This document shows, piece by piece, positions 18,329 through 28,333 of a stretch of DNA of 64,000 nt. The translations under genes were made by a program, and so were the position numbers. Source of the DNA: Elusimicrobiota bacterium (GTDB lineage Bacteria; Elusimicrobiota; Elusimicrobia; UBA1565). The number at the start of each line of letters is the position of its first letter. Position 1 is the first letter of the stretch. The stretch is from the NCBI GenBank assembly GCA_043827405.1, contig JBDRPD010000108.1, positions 1 through 64,000 of the forward strand, read 5' to 3'. The notes beneath the pieces are model-generated. The model was not told where the DNA came from. It ran no database searches and saw nothing but the letters and a program-made list of their open reading frames with translations.

Positions 18329-20125
18329 CTACTCTGAAGCGGTAACTCGGATCATTTCATCGACTGTTGTTTTGCCCGCGAGGAGCTTGCGAATCACGCA
18401 GCCCCGCAGATTCAGCATGCCCTGCTTGCGCGCCTGTTCCTTCAGCTGAGAAATCGGCGCCCGATCCATAATCAGCACCCGGATCGGATCGGTGACCTCC
18501 AAAACCTCATAAAGACCAACCCGTCCCCGATAGCCCGTACCCGTACAATTGTCGCAGCCCTTGCCGCGGACCAGCGCCACCTTGCCGTTGGATATCTGCA
18601 TGGAGCTCTTAGTGATGCCGAGCTTTAGCAGCCAATCGGCGTCGACTTCGTACGACTCCCGGCACTCCTTGCAGATACCGCGCACGAGCCGCTGCGCGAC
18701 AACCATCAACAACGCAGAACTCATCAGGAACGGCTCAATGCCCATCATCCCCATGCGCGTTATGGCGCCGGGGGCGTCGTTGGTATGAAGAGTAGAAAAG
18801 ACGAGGTGCCCAGTCAATGCCGCGTTGATCGCGATCTGGATCGTATCGAGATCGCGTATTTCACCGACCATGATAATGTCGGGGTCCTGGCGCAGAAAGG
18901 ACCGCAGCACCGCCGGGAAGGTCAAGCCTATATCCGCCTTGATCTGTACCTGGTTGATGCCCTGCACCTGGAACTCCACGGGGTCTTCCGCCGTTGAGAT
19001 ATTGACGCCCGGCTCGTTAAGCACGGACAGGGCCGAATAGAGCGTCGTGGATTTACCGCTGCCGGTCGGCCCGGTGATGAGGTTGATGCCGTAGGGGGCC
19101 TTAATGCTCTTATTGAAGATCGCCAGCGCTTCGGGCTCGAAGCCGAGGTTGTTGAGATTGACGTTCAGGTTCGAGGAATCGAGAATGCGCATGCAGATCT
19201 TTTCACCGAAGGCGCAGGGCAGCACCGAGACACGCATCCCATATTCGGTATTGCGGATCTTCAACTTGATGCGGCCGTCCTGGGGAACGCGCTTCTCCGC
19301 GATATCAAGATTGGCCATGATCTTGATGCGGGAGATCAGGGCATTCTGGAAGCGCTTCGGCGGCGCGGGCTGGGGATGGAGCACCCCGTCGATCCGGTAG
19401 CGAATCTGAATCATCTTGCCGAAGGGCTCGATATGGATGTCGGAAGCCTTGGCCTTGATCGCCGCCCCGATGATCAGGTTGACCATCTGGATGACCGGCG
19501 TGTCCTCTCCCTGCTGGCCGAGATCAATAATGCTGTCGCCGGCCGACTTGCTCTCTTCCGTCTCGGAGACGACATCCACCCCGTCCTTGTCGTGCTCATC
19601 GGCACCCGACGCCTTCAGGATGTCGTCGAGAACATCATCGGCGGACTCCTGATGATAAAAACGCTCTATCGCCTCCAGAATATCCTTCTTGGAGGCCAGC
19701 ACGGCGTCGATCTCCAAGCCCGTCATCATCTTGAGATCATCGAGGATCAGCACATTCAGGGGGTCGGCGACCGCAATCTGCAGGACCCGGCCCCGCTTCT
19801 TATGCTCGGTGAGCGCGATCGGCATGAGGACATGCTGCCGGGCGAGGTTTTCGGAAACTTTCTCGAGCACCTCCGGCTCGATCTCCATCTTCTCCGACAG
19901 CCTCACATAGCTGATACCGCACTGCTTGCCAAGGAACTCCAGCAGCTGCTCTTCCTCAATGAAACCCAGCTCCAGCATGATGGTGCCCAGCTTCCCGCCT
20001 TTCTTGCGCTGCTGCTCAAGCGACGCGTCAAGCTGCTCCTGCTTAAGCACGCCGGCGTCCACCATCAGGTCGCCTAGGCGCCTGGGCAGACTTAAAGAAA
20101 TCGTGTTCGCGTCCATTTTAGACAT
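18329..20125 (-). CDS. pilB: Type IV pilus extension ATPase with MshEN-like N-terminus
   Basis: RRLGDLMVDAG...KLGTIMLELG (MshEN-like), ASDIHIEP, GPTGSGKSTT, LRQDPDIIMVGE, tetracysteine motif. Confidence 0.95.
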   Translation of the reverse strand: MSKMDANTISLSLPRRLGDLMVDAGVLKQEQLDASLEQQRKKGGKLGTIMLELGFIEEEQLLEFLGKQCGISYVRLSEKMEIEPEVLEKVSENLARQHVLMPIALTEHKKRGRVLQIAVADPLNVLILDDLKMMTGLEIDAVLASKKDILEAIERFYHQESADDVLDDILKASGADEHDKDGVDVVSETEESKSAGDSIIDLGQQGEDTPVIQMVNLIIGAAIKAKASDIHIEPFGKMIQIRYRIDGVLHPQPAPPKRFQNALISRIKIMANLDIAEKRVPQDGRIKLKIRNTEYGMRVSVLPCAFGEKICMRILDSSNLNVNLNNLGFEPEALAIFNKSIKAPYGINLITGPTGSGKSTTLYSALSVLNEPGVNISTAEDPVEFQVQGINQVQIKADIGLTFPAVLRSFLRQDPDIIMVGEIRDLDTIQIAINAALTGHLVFSTLHTNDAPGAITRMGMMGIEPFLMSSALLMVVAQRLVRGICKECRESYEVDADWLLKLGITKSSMQISNGKVALVRGKGCDNCTGTGYRGRVGLYEVLEVTDPIRVLIMDRAPISQLKEQARKQGMLNLRGCVIRKLLAGKTTVDEMIRVTASE

Positions 20126-20169
20126 AGAATACGTGGACTTGTTCGGCGGAAACGGAAAACCCTGACTCT

Positions 20170-20203
20170 AAAATTAGTTAACAGCTAAAAAGCAATTTGT
20201 CAA
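20170..20203 (-). promoter_or_regulatory. Probable sigma70 promoter of pilB-pilT-pilC
   Basis: Perfect TTGACA on the minus strand (20198-20203) in an AT-rich intergenic region. The -10 box is not clear. Confidence 0.45.
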
Positions 20204-20238
20204 TATCAGGAGAATGTGACCCCGGTCGGCGACTCAAA

Positions 20239-22806
20239 TCAGTAACCGCCGGGGTTATTGAAGCCGCCCCCGGCCGACTGCGCATCGCCGCCGCTTATTT
20301 CATCGTCGCCGGGCAACGGCTGCAGCGCCTTGGTGGGGGGATTGAAGGAACTTTTCTTATTTAACGCTTGCGAGCCCGCCAGCAGGGATCGCGTCGAACT
20401 GTTCAGCGGCTTAAGCTCCTGATCAGTAAGGTTTACCTCAAAACTATAGGTAATCTCAGGCTTCTTGCTTCGCGGTCCCTTGAAAACCAAATACTCGACC
20501 GACCATACGTCCTTGCTGATCGGACCGGCCGACCATTGCGGCATGGCCGGCGGCGGGAAGGAATAGTTCAGCCAGCCTTCCACCGTTCCCTTGGTACCGG
20601 AAAGCATATAGCCCTTGACGAACTCCATCGCCTGGACCTGATTATCCTGGATAAAATCACGCCCCTGGTCGCTCGTCGCCGCCGGCTGCGGCGGCGGGAA
20701 TTGCTGCGGCGGGACCTGCTGCTGCGGGACCTGCTGCTGGGTCTGAGCGGGAGGCTGCTCGGCAAAGGGACTCGCCGGCGCCTGTCCCGACGGCGCGGAA
20801 TCCGGCTGCGGCCGTTTGGCAAAGGGGTTTGAGGGAGGAGCCTGTCCGGACTCTTGTCCCGGCGCCGCTCCGGGAATTTGTCCGCCATCCAAAGCTCCGG
20901 GCGCTTTTTGCTCGGGCGACATGTCGACCAACTGCTTGACCATGTTTGGGTTACGGAAAAACAGCAGGAACAGCACCACTAAAGTGACAACCGCAAGCCC
21001 CAAACCAATAAGAACCTTTTTCGACTTAAACTTCTGCAGCTTGGAAGCTGTAGCGCCGGTCTGTGAGGAGGCATCCGTCGGCGCGCCCAACGGCTGGATC
21101 AGGCCGGTCTTCAGCGGATCCATCGGCTGCGACGGGGTCATCTGGGGCACGACCGTCGCCGGCCTGCCCATTAATTCCTCAAAGGACTGACCGCCGGGAG
21201 GAGTCAAAGTGCCCGGAAGCGGCGTCGTCGTCCCTCCCACGCCCATCCCCTGCAGAACCGTCTGCGGAATATCCGGCTGCCCCATCGCCGGCATCGGCGT
21301 CGTGGTGCCGCCCAGCGGGATCGGCATCGGGGTCGGCATCTGACCCGGCATCGCACCTGGAGCGAGATCCATGGGGTTGGCATATGGCGGGAAGGTCTCG
21401 GGGGGAGGTGAGCCCTCCAACGTCACCGGCGGCTGCATGCTGAACGCCGGGTCCTGCAGCGGCGGAGCGCCGAAAGTCATCGTCTTGGGCTGATCGAAAG
21501 ACCCCATTCCGCCCAGATCGTCGGGGCCGGCCGGAAGATTGGCGGGCGGCGCCGTCAGCGGCGGCATCCCCATATCGAAGGGCGGCGGATCCAGCGGCGG
21601 AATCTCTCTATCCTCGGTGGCTAAAGACGGCGGCTCCAAAGTCGGCGCCGTATCCACGGGCCCACTCAAAGGCGGCGGCTCCAATGGCGGAGCCTCAAAT
21701 GGCGGGGCCTCAAACGGCGGGGCCTCAAGCGGCGGGGCCTCAAGCGGCGGCGCTTCCAGCGGCGGCGCTTCCAGCGGCGGCGCGACATCATCCGGCGACG
21801 GCGGCACAAATTCCTCGGCATCGGGCATGGAGGAAACAGAACTCAGCGCCACGGTTCCCGGCACCGCCCCCTCTTCCTTGGGCGCCTCGCTCACGATCGG
21901 CAACGGCTCTTCCTCCATCTGCAGGGAAGGCGGCGCCTCAACTTCCACGACATCCATCGGCGGCGGCGCAGATTCCATGACTTCCATCGCCGGCGGCGCC
22001 TCTGCTGCGGCCTCCTGGGCGGCGATTTCCATCGCCGAATGTCCACCCAGCTCGGCGCTGGATTCCGACTGGGCGTCAAAAGCCGGCGGGGCGATATCGC
22101 CGTCGCCCGCTAAAACGGGAATCTCCGCAACGGCCTCTATAGCTTCGACCGCGGGCGGGGCGGCATCTTCCGTCGGCGAAGCGATTTCCGCGACCGACGG
22201 CGGCACTTCCTCCACCACCGGCGCTAGCGGCTCCCGCTCCGCGATGACAGGCTTCGGCGGCGCCGCCTTCGCCGCCAAGGACTTCTCCAGACGCGCCTTC
22301 AGTTCTTCGATGGTCCGGTCTTTCTCGCCCAGCTTATCGAGAATGGCGTTCTGGCGCTGTTCGTATTCCTCCAGCTGATCCTGCAGCTGACAGAGACGGT
22401 TCTCAAGTTCCGCCGTATGTTCCAATTCTTTCGCCGGCGCTTCCGCGGCGAACGTGCCGCCGAGGCCCGCGTGCACGTCAAACATTCTGGGATCCTCGAA
22501 GATGCCCGAGATCCAGGCCTCCGGATAGCCGATCCGGTCGAGGATATCATGCGACTCCTCGCGAAAGTGATCGAACGGGCGCGGCGAATGTTCGGCCGCC
22601 GGAGCCAGCGCGACCCCGACCTCTTGATCATAGAGGCCCATCAGCTCGGGCAAGCTGCCCAATGCTGTCCAATCGCCCTCGCGAGCACCCGAGGAGGAGT
22701 CGGCCTTGGAGACAAGGCTGTCCGCATCCAGCCCCTGAACCGAGGCCAAATCCTCTTTGCTAAACGGCCCGAGCACCCGGGCATCGTGATACACCCAGTA
22801 CTGCAT
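20239..22806 (-). CDS. GYF_2/DUF4339-like domain, coiled coil, long Pro/Glu-rich linker, single TM and periplasmic C-terminal domain
   Basis: N-term YWVYHDARVLGPFSKEDL...LV...DWTALGSLPEL, heptad region, PPLEA repeats, TM IGLGLAVVTLVVLFLLFF. Confidence 0.8.
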   Translation of the reverse strand: MQYWVYHDARVLGPFSKEDLASVQGLDADSLVSKADSSSGAREGDWTALGSLPELMGLYDQEVGVALAPAAEHSPRPFDHFREESHDILDRIGYPEAWISGIFEDPRMFDVHAGLGGTFAAEAPAKELEHTAELENRLCQLQDQLEEYEQRQNAILDKLGEKDRTIEELKARLEKSLAAKAAPPKPVIAEREPLAPVVEEVPPSVAEIASPTEDAAPPAVEAIEAVAEIPVLAGDGDIAPPAFDAQSESSAELGGHSAMEIAAQEAAAEAPPAMEVMESAPPPMDVVEVEAPPSLQMEEEPLPIVSEAPKEEGAVPGTVALSSVSSMPDAEEFVPPSPDDVAPPLEAPPLEAPPLEAPPLEAPPFEAPPFEAPPLEPPPLSGPVDTAPTLEPPSLATEDREIPPLDPPPFDMGMPPLTAPPANLPAGPDDLGGMGSFDQPKTMTFGAPPLQDPAFSMQPPVTLEGSPPPETFPPYANPMDLAPGAMPGQMPTPMPIPLGGTTTPMPAMGQPDIPQTVLQGMGVGGTTTPLPGTLTPPGGQSFEELMGRPATVVPQMTPSQPMDPLKTGLIQPLGAPTDASSQTGATASKLQKFKSKKVLIGLGLAVVTLVVLFLLFFRNPNMVKQLVDMSPEQKAPGALDGGQIPGAAPGQESGQAPPSNPFAKRPQPDSAPSGQAPASPFAEQPPAQTQQQVPQQQVPPQQFPPPQPAATSDQGRDFIQDNQVQAMEFVKGYMLSGTKGTVEGWLNYSFPPPAMPQWSAGPISKDVWSVEYLVFKGPRSKKPEITYSFEVNLTDQELKPLNSSTRSLLAGSQALNKKSSFNPPTKALQPLPGDDEISGGDAQSAGGGFNNPGGY
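21668..21783 (-). repeat. 15-bp coding tandem repeat, about 7 units encoding PP(L/F)EA
   Basis: Units such as GGCGGGGCCTCAAGC and GGCGGCGCTTCCAGC, translating to APPLEAPPLEAPPLEAPPLEAPPFEAPPFEAPPLEPPP. Confidence 0.9.
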
Positions 22807-22849
22807 CTTTGTTATTTTGCCGGGAAATTGTTACAGATTCAAGGCGTAA

Positions 22850-24337
22850 TTATGATGCGGATGAGGCGGGAGCGATAAGGCGACAGGCGTCGCCTAGACG
22901 CTTAAGAACCAATTTCTTCCCCAGCAGCTCGAGCATGCCGAACAGCGTCGGCCCCTCAGTGCGGCCGGAAACAGCAACCCGCAGCGGGTGGAATACCTTG
23001 CCGGTCTTCAGGTCCTGCTCCTTGCAAAAGGCCCGGATACCGCCCTCCAGCGCCTGCTCGGTATAAGGCTCAAGGCCGGATATCAGCTTCGACAACCCCT
23101 CGAGGATTTCCGCGACTCCTGCTTTTCTCAGGACCTGGTCGACCGCCTTCTCCTGGTATTCCACGTCCTTGAAGAAGATGTCCACGCGACCGGGGATATC
23201 TGTAAGAAGCTTGCACTTCTCCTGCTCCATGACCACCGCGGTCAGCAGTTTTTCCGGATCGGCCGCCTCCAGCCCGGCCCGGTCCAGGAAGGGCTTGACG
23301 GCGGCGAACAACCCCTCATTCGACTTGCCGCGGATATATTCACCGTTCATCCACTGCAGCTTGACGGGGTCGAAGGTCGCGGGGTTCTTCTGGCAGCCGT
23401 CCAAATCGAATTTAGCGATAAGCTCCTCGGGGCTGAAAAGCTGCTGTGAATCCGGAGTGGACCACCCCAGGAGCGCCAAATAGTTGCGCAGCGCCTCGGG
23501 CAAATAACCCTGGTCGCGGTATTCCGTCACCGAGGTCGCGCCGTGGCGCTTGGAGAGCTTGCCGCCGTCAGGGCCGAGGATCGTGGACAGATGGGCAAAC
23601 CGGGGCGGCTCCCAGCCGAGCGCGGCATAGAGCTGAACCTGGGAGGGCGTATTGGACAAATGCTCATCGCCGCGAATGACGTGGCTCATCTTCATCTCGT
23701 GATCGTCCACCACGCAGGCAAAATTATAGGTCGGCCCTCCCGCCGTCTTCTGGATGACAAAATCCTGCTGCAGGCTATTGTCGAACGACACGCTGCCGCG
23801 GATGAGGTCGCTGACGACCGTCGTCCCGTCCTGCGGCATTTTCAGCCGCACCGACCACTTCCTCCCCGCCGCCTCAAGCTCGGCGCGGCGCGCCGGAGTC
23901 AGGTCGCGGCAGCGGCGATCATAGAGCGGACGCTTCTTCTCCTGCTGCGCCCGGCGGCGCATCTCGTCGAGCTCCTCTTTGGTGCAGTAGCACCGGTAGG
24001 CCCTGTCTTCGGCCAGCAGCCGTTCAATATGTTTCCGGTAAAGCTCCTTGCGTTCCATCTGGAAGTAGGGGCCGTATTCCCCGCGGCCGGTATAGCGCCC
24101 CTCTCCCTCGTAGCGGTCGGGACCTTCGTCCCAGTCCAGGCCGATCCAGCGCATGGACTCGATGATCGCGTTCACTGATTCCGCGGTGGAACGGACCTCG
24201 TCGGTATCTTCGATACGCAGGATGAACACGCCTTTATGACGGCGCGCGAACAGCCAGCTAAACAGCGCCGTACGGACGCCGCCGATATGCAGAAATCCCG
24301 TCGGCGAAGGGGCAAAGCGAACACGAATATCGTTCAT
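22850..24337 (-). CDS. gltX: Glutamate--tRNA ligase
   Basis: RVRFAPSPTGFLHIGG, LRIEDTD, HVIRGDEH, KLSKRHG. ATG 24337. Confidence 0.97.
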   Translation of the reverse strand: MNDIRVRFAPSPTGFLHIGGVRTALFSWLFARRHKGVFILRIEDTDEVRSTAESVNAIIESMRWIGLDWDEGPDRYEGEGRYTGRGEYGPYFQMERKELYRKHIERLLAEDRAYRCYCTKEELDEMRRRAQQEKKRPLYDRRCRDLTPARRAELEAAGRKWSVRLKMPQDGTTVVSDLIRGSVSFDNSLQQDFVIQKTAGGPTYNFACVVDDHEMKMSHVIRGDEHLSNTPSQVQLYAALGWEPPRFAHLSTILGPDGGKLSKRHGATSVTEYRDQGYLPEALRNYLALLGWSTPDSQQLFSPEELIAKFDLDGCQKNPATFDPVKLQWMNGEYIRGKSNEGLFAAVKPFLDRAGLEAADPEKLLTAVVMEQEKCKLLTDIPGRVDIFFKDVEYQEKAVDQVLRKAGVAEILEGLSKLISGLEPYTEQALEGGIRAFCKEQDLKTGKVFHPLRVAVSGRTEGPTLFGMLELLGKKLVLKRLGDACRLIAPASSAS

Positions 24338-24347
24338 CGGGACGCGC

Positions 24348-25226
24348 TCAGCGCTCCCCCCACTTAAGCTTGTTGCGCAGCAAATCGAAGTGCGACCGCT
24401 CCGGAGGCAGCATAAGCCGAAACGGCTTGTCGTAGCGCCGGATATGCACCTCGTCGTCAACCAGCAGATTCTGTCCAAGCTGACCGTCGAGGGAAACCAG
24501 CGCCTGCGGCTGGTCGGTGGAGCTTTTACGCACCATGCGCACCATGAGCGGGTTCCAAGTCGGCGTCATCAGCGGCCGCGATGTCAGCGAATGGGGACAG
24601 ATCGGCGCCAGCAGGAAGGCGTCGACGCCGGGGAAGACCACCGGGCCCCCCACCGCCAGAGAGTAGGCGGTCGAGCCGGTCGGCGTGGAGATGATAAGCC
24701 CGTCACCGAAGTACTTCGCCACGAAGCGCTTGCGGGATTCGACCTCGAGGATGACCGCCCGCGCCTGATCGCTGCAGCGGACGACGCATTCATTGAGCAC
24801 CGCCTGGGGCCCGAAGATGATCTTTGACGCGCGCCGGACCTCAACCGAGATCATCGAGCGGTTCTCGATCTCAAATCCGCCGGAAAAGATGCGCTTGAAC
24901 TCTTTCTCGAATCCCGCCAAGTCGACGGCGCTCAGGAAGCCGAGTCCTCCCGCATTGATGCCGAGCATCGGCACCGCGAAGGGCGCGAGAAGCCGCGCGG
25001 CGCGCAGCATGGTCCCATCGCCGCCGATGGCGATCGCGATATCGCAATCGCCCAGAGACTTTGTGGGGGGCTTGCGGCCCAAGTTACGCACTTTGATGCC
25101 GCCATTCTTCAGCAGCTCCCGCACCACCTTGGCCGTCTGCACAGCCTCCGGCTTCAGCTCATTATGAAACAGGATGACCGAACGAATAATATTCTTTTTG
25201 GGTTTCGATCTTAACGCTTTGTCCAT
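24348..25226 (-). CDS. nadK: NAD(+) kinase
   Basis: GGDGTML, GINAGGLGFL, NE motif, GDGLIISTPTGSTAYSLAVGGP. Confidence 0.95.
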   Translation of the reverse strand: MDKALRSKPKKNIIRSVILFHNELKPEAVQTAKVVRELLKNGGIKVRNLGRKPPTKSLGDCDIAIAIGGDGTMLRAARLLAPFAVPMLGINAGGLGFLSAVDLAGFEKEFKRIFSGGFEIENRSMISVEVRRASKIIFGPQAVLNECVVRCSDQARAVILEVESRKRFVAKYFGDGLIISTPTGSTAYSLAVGGPVVFPGVDAFLLAPICPHSLTSRPLMTPTWNPLMVRMVRKSSTDQPQALVSLDGQLGQNLLVDDEVHIRRYDKPFRLMLPPERSHFDLLRNKLKWGER

Positions 25227-27000
25227 TAGAGGTAATCCGTACCGCCCCGTGCCGGCGGAGAACAAAAGCTTGGTCGTTCGGGCAGCGCCTTAAAACCGAC
25301 GGCGACGCCATTATACAATATTCGACTTTTCCACCCGTCGAGACATAGGTGTCGCTCCCATCCCAAATGATAGCGACTTGGCCATGCGACAGCTCCAGTC
25401 CTCCGCTCGCCGCGCGCGCGACGCTCCCGTCCCGCAAGCCAAGACTCCGGCGCAGGCTGCGCAGCGCGGACGGGCGGATGCCGCCGTCGACCAAGACCCG
25501 TCGGCCGTCCGGATACTCGACCAGCAGGCCCCGGGCGGCTGGCGGTGCGAACACCAGCACGCGCAGCGGCTGCGGCGCGAGAACGCGAACGCCGGCGGCG
25601 CCCAGCCACAACGCACCGCCGCACAGCCATAGCCGCAAGCAGGTGCGCCGGCGAGGCAGCGTCAAAACGCCCAGCACGGCGCAATAATACGCCGCCAGCC
25701 CATTGATCCCGGCCGGCGCCAGATCCACCGCAGCATAGGGCAAACGGGAAACGCGCAGGCACAGTGCCGCGAAGCCGCAGGCAAGAGCTTCCGCTACCGC
25801 CGCCGCCGGCGCCTCAACCAGCGCAACCCCCAACGCATCTCCCGCCCAGGACAGCGCCGCGGCCGCCATCAACAGCGGCGATGCGGGGACTACCGCCGCG
25901 TTAACGAAAAAACCGGCCAAGGAGCCCCGATTGAAAAAATGGGCGAAGGTCGGCCACAGCATCAGCTGGACAATAAAACAGATCGAAAACACCGCCGCCA
26001 AACCGCGCGCCCACGACGGCCAGCTCAGCGGCGGGCGCCAGCGCGGCAAAGCGATAATGAGTCCAAGCATGGCCAAATAGGTCAGCTGAAAGCCGGCGGA
26101 AAACAGCGCGCGCGGATCGACCAGCAAGGTGACGCCGGCCGCCAGAGTCCAGCACGCGAAAACATCCCGTCCCCGCCCGAACGCGGCGCCCAGCGCGGCC
26201 GCCGCGGCCATTCCGTAAGCCCGGGTATATGGCGGTTCTGGTCCGACGACCAGGAGATACGCCCCGCCCGCCAGCAGCGCCGCGGCCGCCCGCACACCGG
26301 GCGGCTGGCCCAGCGCCGAGACGAGCAGAAAGGCAACCGCCAAGACCGCGGTCACCTTGGCGCCGGACGGCGTGAGCAGATGCATAACGCCGGCATCCTG
26401 AATGGCGCGCGCCAGCGCCGGCGGCAGCCGCCCCTTAAAGCCGATCAATACCCCTTCAATAATCGAAGCGCTCGCCGCGGGAAAACGCCGGGCAAAGTAG
26501 GCGTGCATCGAACGGTGCACGCTCTCTCCCGCCGCCCACAGCCGGAAGCGCGGCGCAACGGCGGCGGCGAGGATGTCGACTTCACGCGCGTGCATAACCA
26601 AAGCGGCGCCGCGCTGTTCGAGAAACGAGCGCTCGTCGAAATCCCCCGGATTGCGCGGCCACATCGGAAGGCGCAGCCGCCCGCGGAAGGCGGCGCGCAT
26701 CCCCGGGCGCAGACGCCGGACGGCCGAATCCCGGCGGTTGATATAGGCCATAACATCCACCGGCGGCTGGGCCCGGCCGTCCGCCGTATCGAGACGCAGC
26801 CAATAGCGGTCGCCGGCGCGCTTGGCCGAAAAGCCCGAGCGCACGGTCCCCTCGACAAGGGATTCCTTTTGCCAGGCGAAGTACCGCCAAGGCAGGGGCG
26901 CTTCGACGCGGAACAGACCGCAGGACTTAAGAACAAACAGGGCGGCGGCGTACGCCGCGGTGAGCAGGAACAGGGGGCGCTTGAACGCGGACAAGGGCAT
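25162..27000 (-). CDS. comEC: ComEC/Rec2 competence protein with reduced C-terminal domain
   Basis: PRNPGDFD OB domain, AGVMHLLTPSG, DPRALFSAGFQLTY, multiple TMs, C-terminal GAVRITSNG. Confidence 0.85.
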   Translation of the reverse strand: MPLSAFKRPLFLLTAAYAAALFVLKSCGLFRVEAPLPWRYFAWQKESLVEGTVRSGFSAKRAGDRYWLRLDTADGRAQPPVDVMAYINRRDSAVRRLRPGMRAAFRGRLRLPMWPRNPGDFDERSFLEQRGAALVMHAREVDILAAAVAPRFRLWAAGESVHRSMHAYFARRFPAASASIIEGVLIGFKGRLPPALARAIQDAGVMHLLTPSGAKVTAVLAVAFLLVSALGQPPGVRAAAALLAGGAYLLVVGPEPPYTRAYGMAAAAALGAAFGRGRDVFACWTLAAGVTLLVDPRALFSAGFQLTYLAMLGLIIALPRWRPPLSWPSWARGLAAVFSICFIVQLMLWPTFAHFFNRGSLAGFFVNAAVVPASPLLMAAAALSWAGDALGVALVEAPAAAVAEALACGFAALCLRVSRLPYAAVDLAPAGINGLAAYYCAVLGVLTLPRRRTCLRLWLCGGALWLGAAGVRVLAPQPLRVLVFAPPAARGLLVEYPDGRRVLVDGGIRPSALRSLRRSLGLRDGSVARAASGGLELSHGQVAIIWDGSDTYVSTGGKVEYCIMASPSVLRRCPNDQAFVLRRHGAVRITSNGQSVKIETQKEYYSFGHPVS

Positions 27001-27054
27001 GCCCGCATATACGAATAGGACGCGTTATGGTTCCCGCCGCGCCGCGAAAAGCGC

Positions 27055-28230
27055 TTACCGGCTCTTCCCGCTGCGCGCGATGGCGCGGTTGAGATCCTCG
27101 ATCAGATCCTCCGCATCTTCGATGCCGACCGACAAACGGATCAAACCGTCGGACACCCCCGACTTCAGCCGCTCTTTGCGCGGGATAGCCGCATGCGTCA
27201 TGGTCGCCGGATGTCCGATAAGCGACTCGACGCCGCCCAGGCTTTCCGCCAAGGCGAATACGCGGCACTCTTGCATCATTTTCAGCGCGCGCTTCAAGCC
27301 GCCCCTGAGTTCAAAGGCGAGCATCCCGCCGTAGCGCAGCATCTGATCCTCGGCCAGCTCATGTCCCGGATGCTCGGGCAGCCCCGGATAGTGCACCCGA
27401 AGAACTTCCGCATGCTCCTGCAGTTCCTCGGCGATGCGCAGGGCATTGTCGCAGTGCCGATCCATACGCAGCCCCAGCGTCTTAATGCCGCGCAGAAACA
27501 GGAAGCAGTCGAGCGGCCCGGGCACGGCGCCGGTCGCGTTTTGCAGGGAGCGCAGCTCCTCATAGAGCTTCACATTATTGGTCACGACCGCGCCGCCCAC
27601 CGCGTCCGAATGGCCGCCCAAGTACTTGGTCGTCGAATGGACCACGAGATCGGCGCCCAGATCCAGCGGCCGCTGCAGGTACGGCGTCGCGAAGGTATTG
27701 TCGACCGCAACCAGAGCCTTATTGCCGTGCGCGAGATCGCACTGCGCCTGGATGTCGGTGATCTGCAGCATCGGGTTGGAAGGCGTCTCGATCCACAGCA
27801 GCCGGGTCTTGCGGGTGAAAGCCTTATCGACGGGCCGCAGCAAAGTGGTATTGGCGAACGAGAAGCTGATGCCGAAGCGCGCGAAAACTTTAGTGAAGAC
27901 GCGGTAGGTCCCGCCATAGAGATCGTCGCCGCTGACCACGTGATCGCCGGCGCTGAGCAGCTGGATAACCGCGCTGACCGCCGCCATGCCGCTGGCAAAG
28001 CAGACGCCGTACTTGGCGTTCTCCAAAGCGGCGATATTGCGCTCGAGAGCGAGTCGTGTCGGATGGTGGGTGCGGGCATACGCGAAACCCTTATGCCGCC
28101 CCGGCGCTTGCTGCACATAGGTGGAGGTCTGATAGATCGGCGTCATAATGGCGCCGGTCGCCGAATCCGGCGCCTGTCCCGCGTGCACGGCTTTGGTATC
28201 GAAACGCATCTTCTCGAATTTATCGCTCAT
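27055..28230 (-). CDS. Cystathionine gamma-synthase/gamma-lyase (Cys/Met PLP enzyme)
   Basis: [42 protein letters not shown] (PLP Lys), [19 protein letters not shown]. Confidence 0.93.
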   Translation of the reverse strand: MSDKFEKMRFDTKAVHAGQAPDSATGAIMTPIYQTSTYVQQAPGRHKGFAYARTHHPTRLALERNIAALENAKYGVCFASGMAAVSAVIQLLSAGDHVVSGDDLYGGTYRVFTKVFARFGISFSFANTTLLRPVDKAFTRKTRLLWIETPSNPMLQITDIQAQCDLAHGNKALVAVDNTFATPYLQRPLDLGADLVVHSTTKYLGGHSDAVGGAVVTNNVKLYEELRSLQNATGAVPGPLDCFLFLRGIKTLGLRMDRHCDNALRIAEELQEHAEVLRVHYPGLPEHPGHELAEDQMLRYGGMLAFELRGGLKRALKMMQECRVFALAESLGGVESLIGHPATMTHAAIPRKERLKSGVSDGLIRLSVGIEDAEDLIEDLNRAIARSGKSR

Positions 28231-28236
28231 TGTTTT

Positions 28237-28319
28237 GGTACCGGCCTTCAACTTATTCAACTTATTGGAATTATTTCTCCCTCAATATACAAAACTCCAA
28301 TAAGTTGAAGGCCGGTACC
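28237..28319. repeat. AT-rich inverted-repeat element (REP/MITE-like), copy 1
   Basis: GGTACCGGCCTTCAACTTATT[CAACTTATT]GGA ... TCCAATAAGTTGAAGGCCGGTACC: 24-bp IR with a 9-bp tandem duplication in the left arm. Confidence 0.85.
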
Positions 28320-28333
28320 GTCGAGGTTAAAGT

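Noticed and set aside
21668..21783. CRISPR-like array
   Set aside because: 15-bp units with no spacers, in frame within a CDS, and no cas genes nearby.
25310..25315. TATAAT on the minus strand inside the comEC 3' end, suggesting a small RNA before nadK
   Set aside because: The downstream sequence encodes a plausible ComEC C-terminus and shows no RNA-family features; at most an internal nadK promoter.
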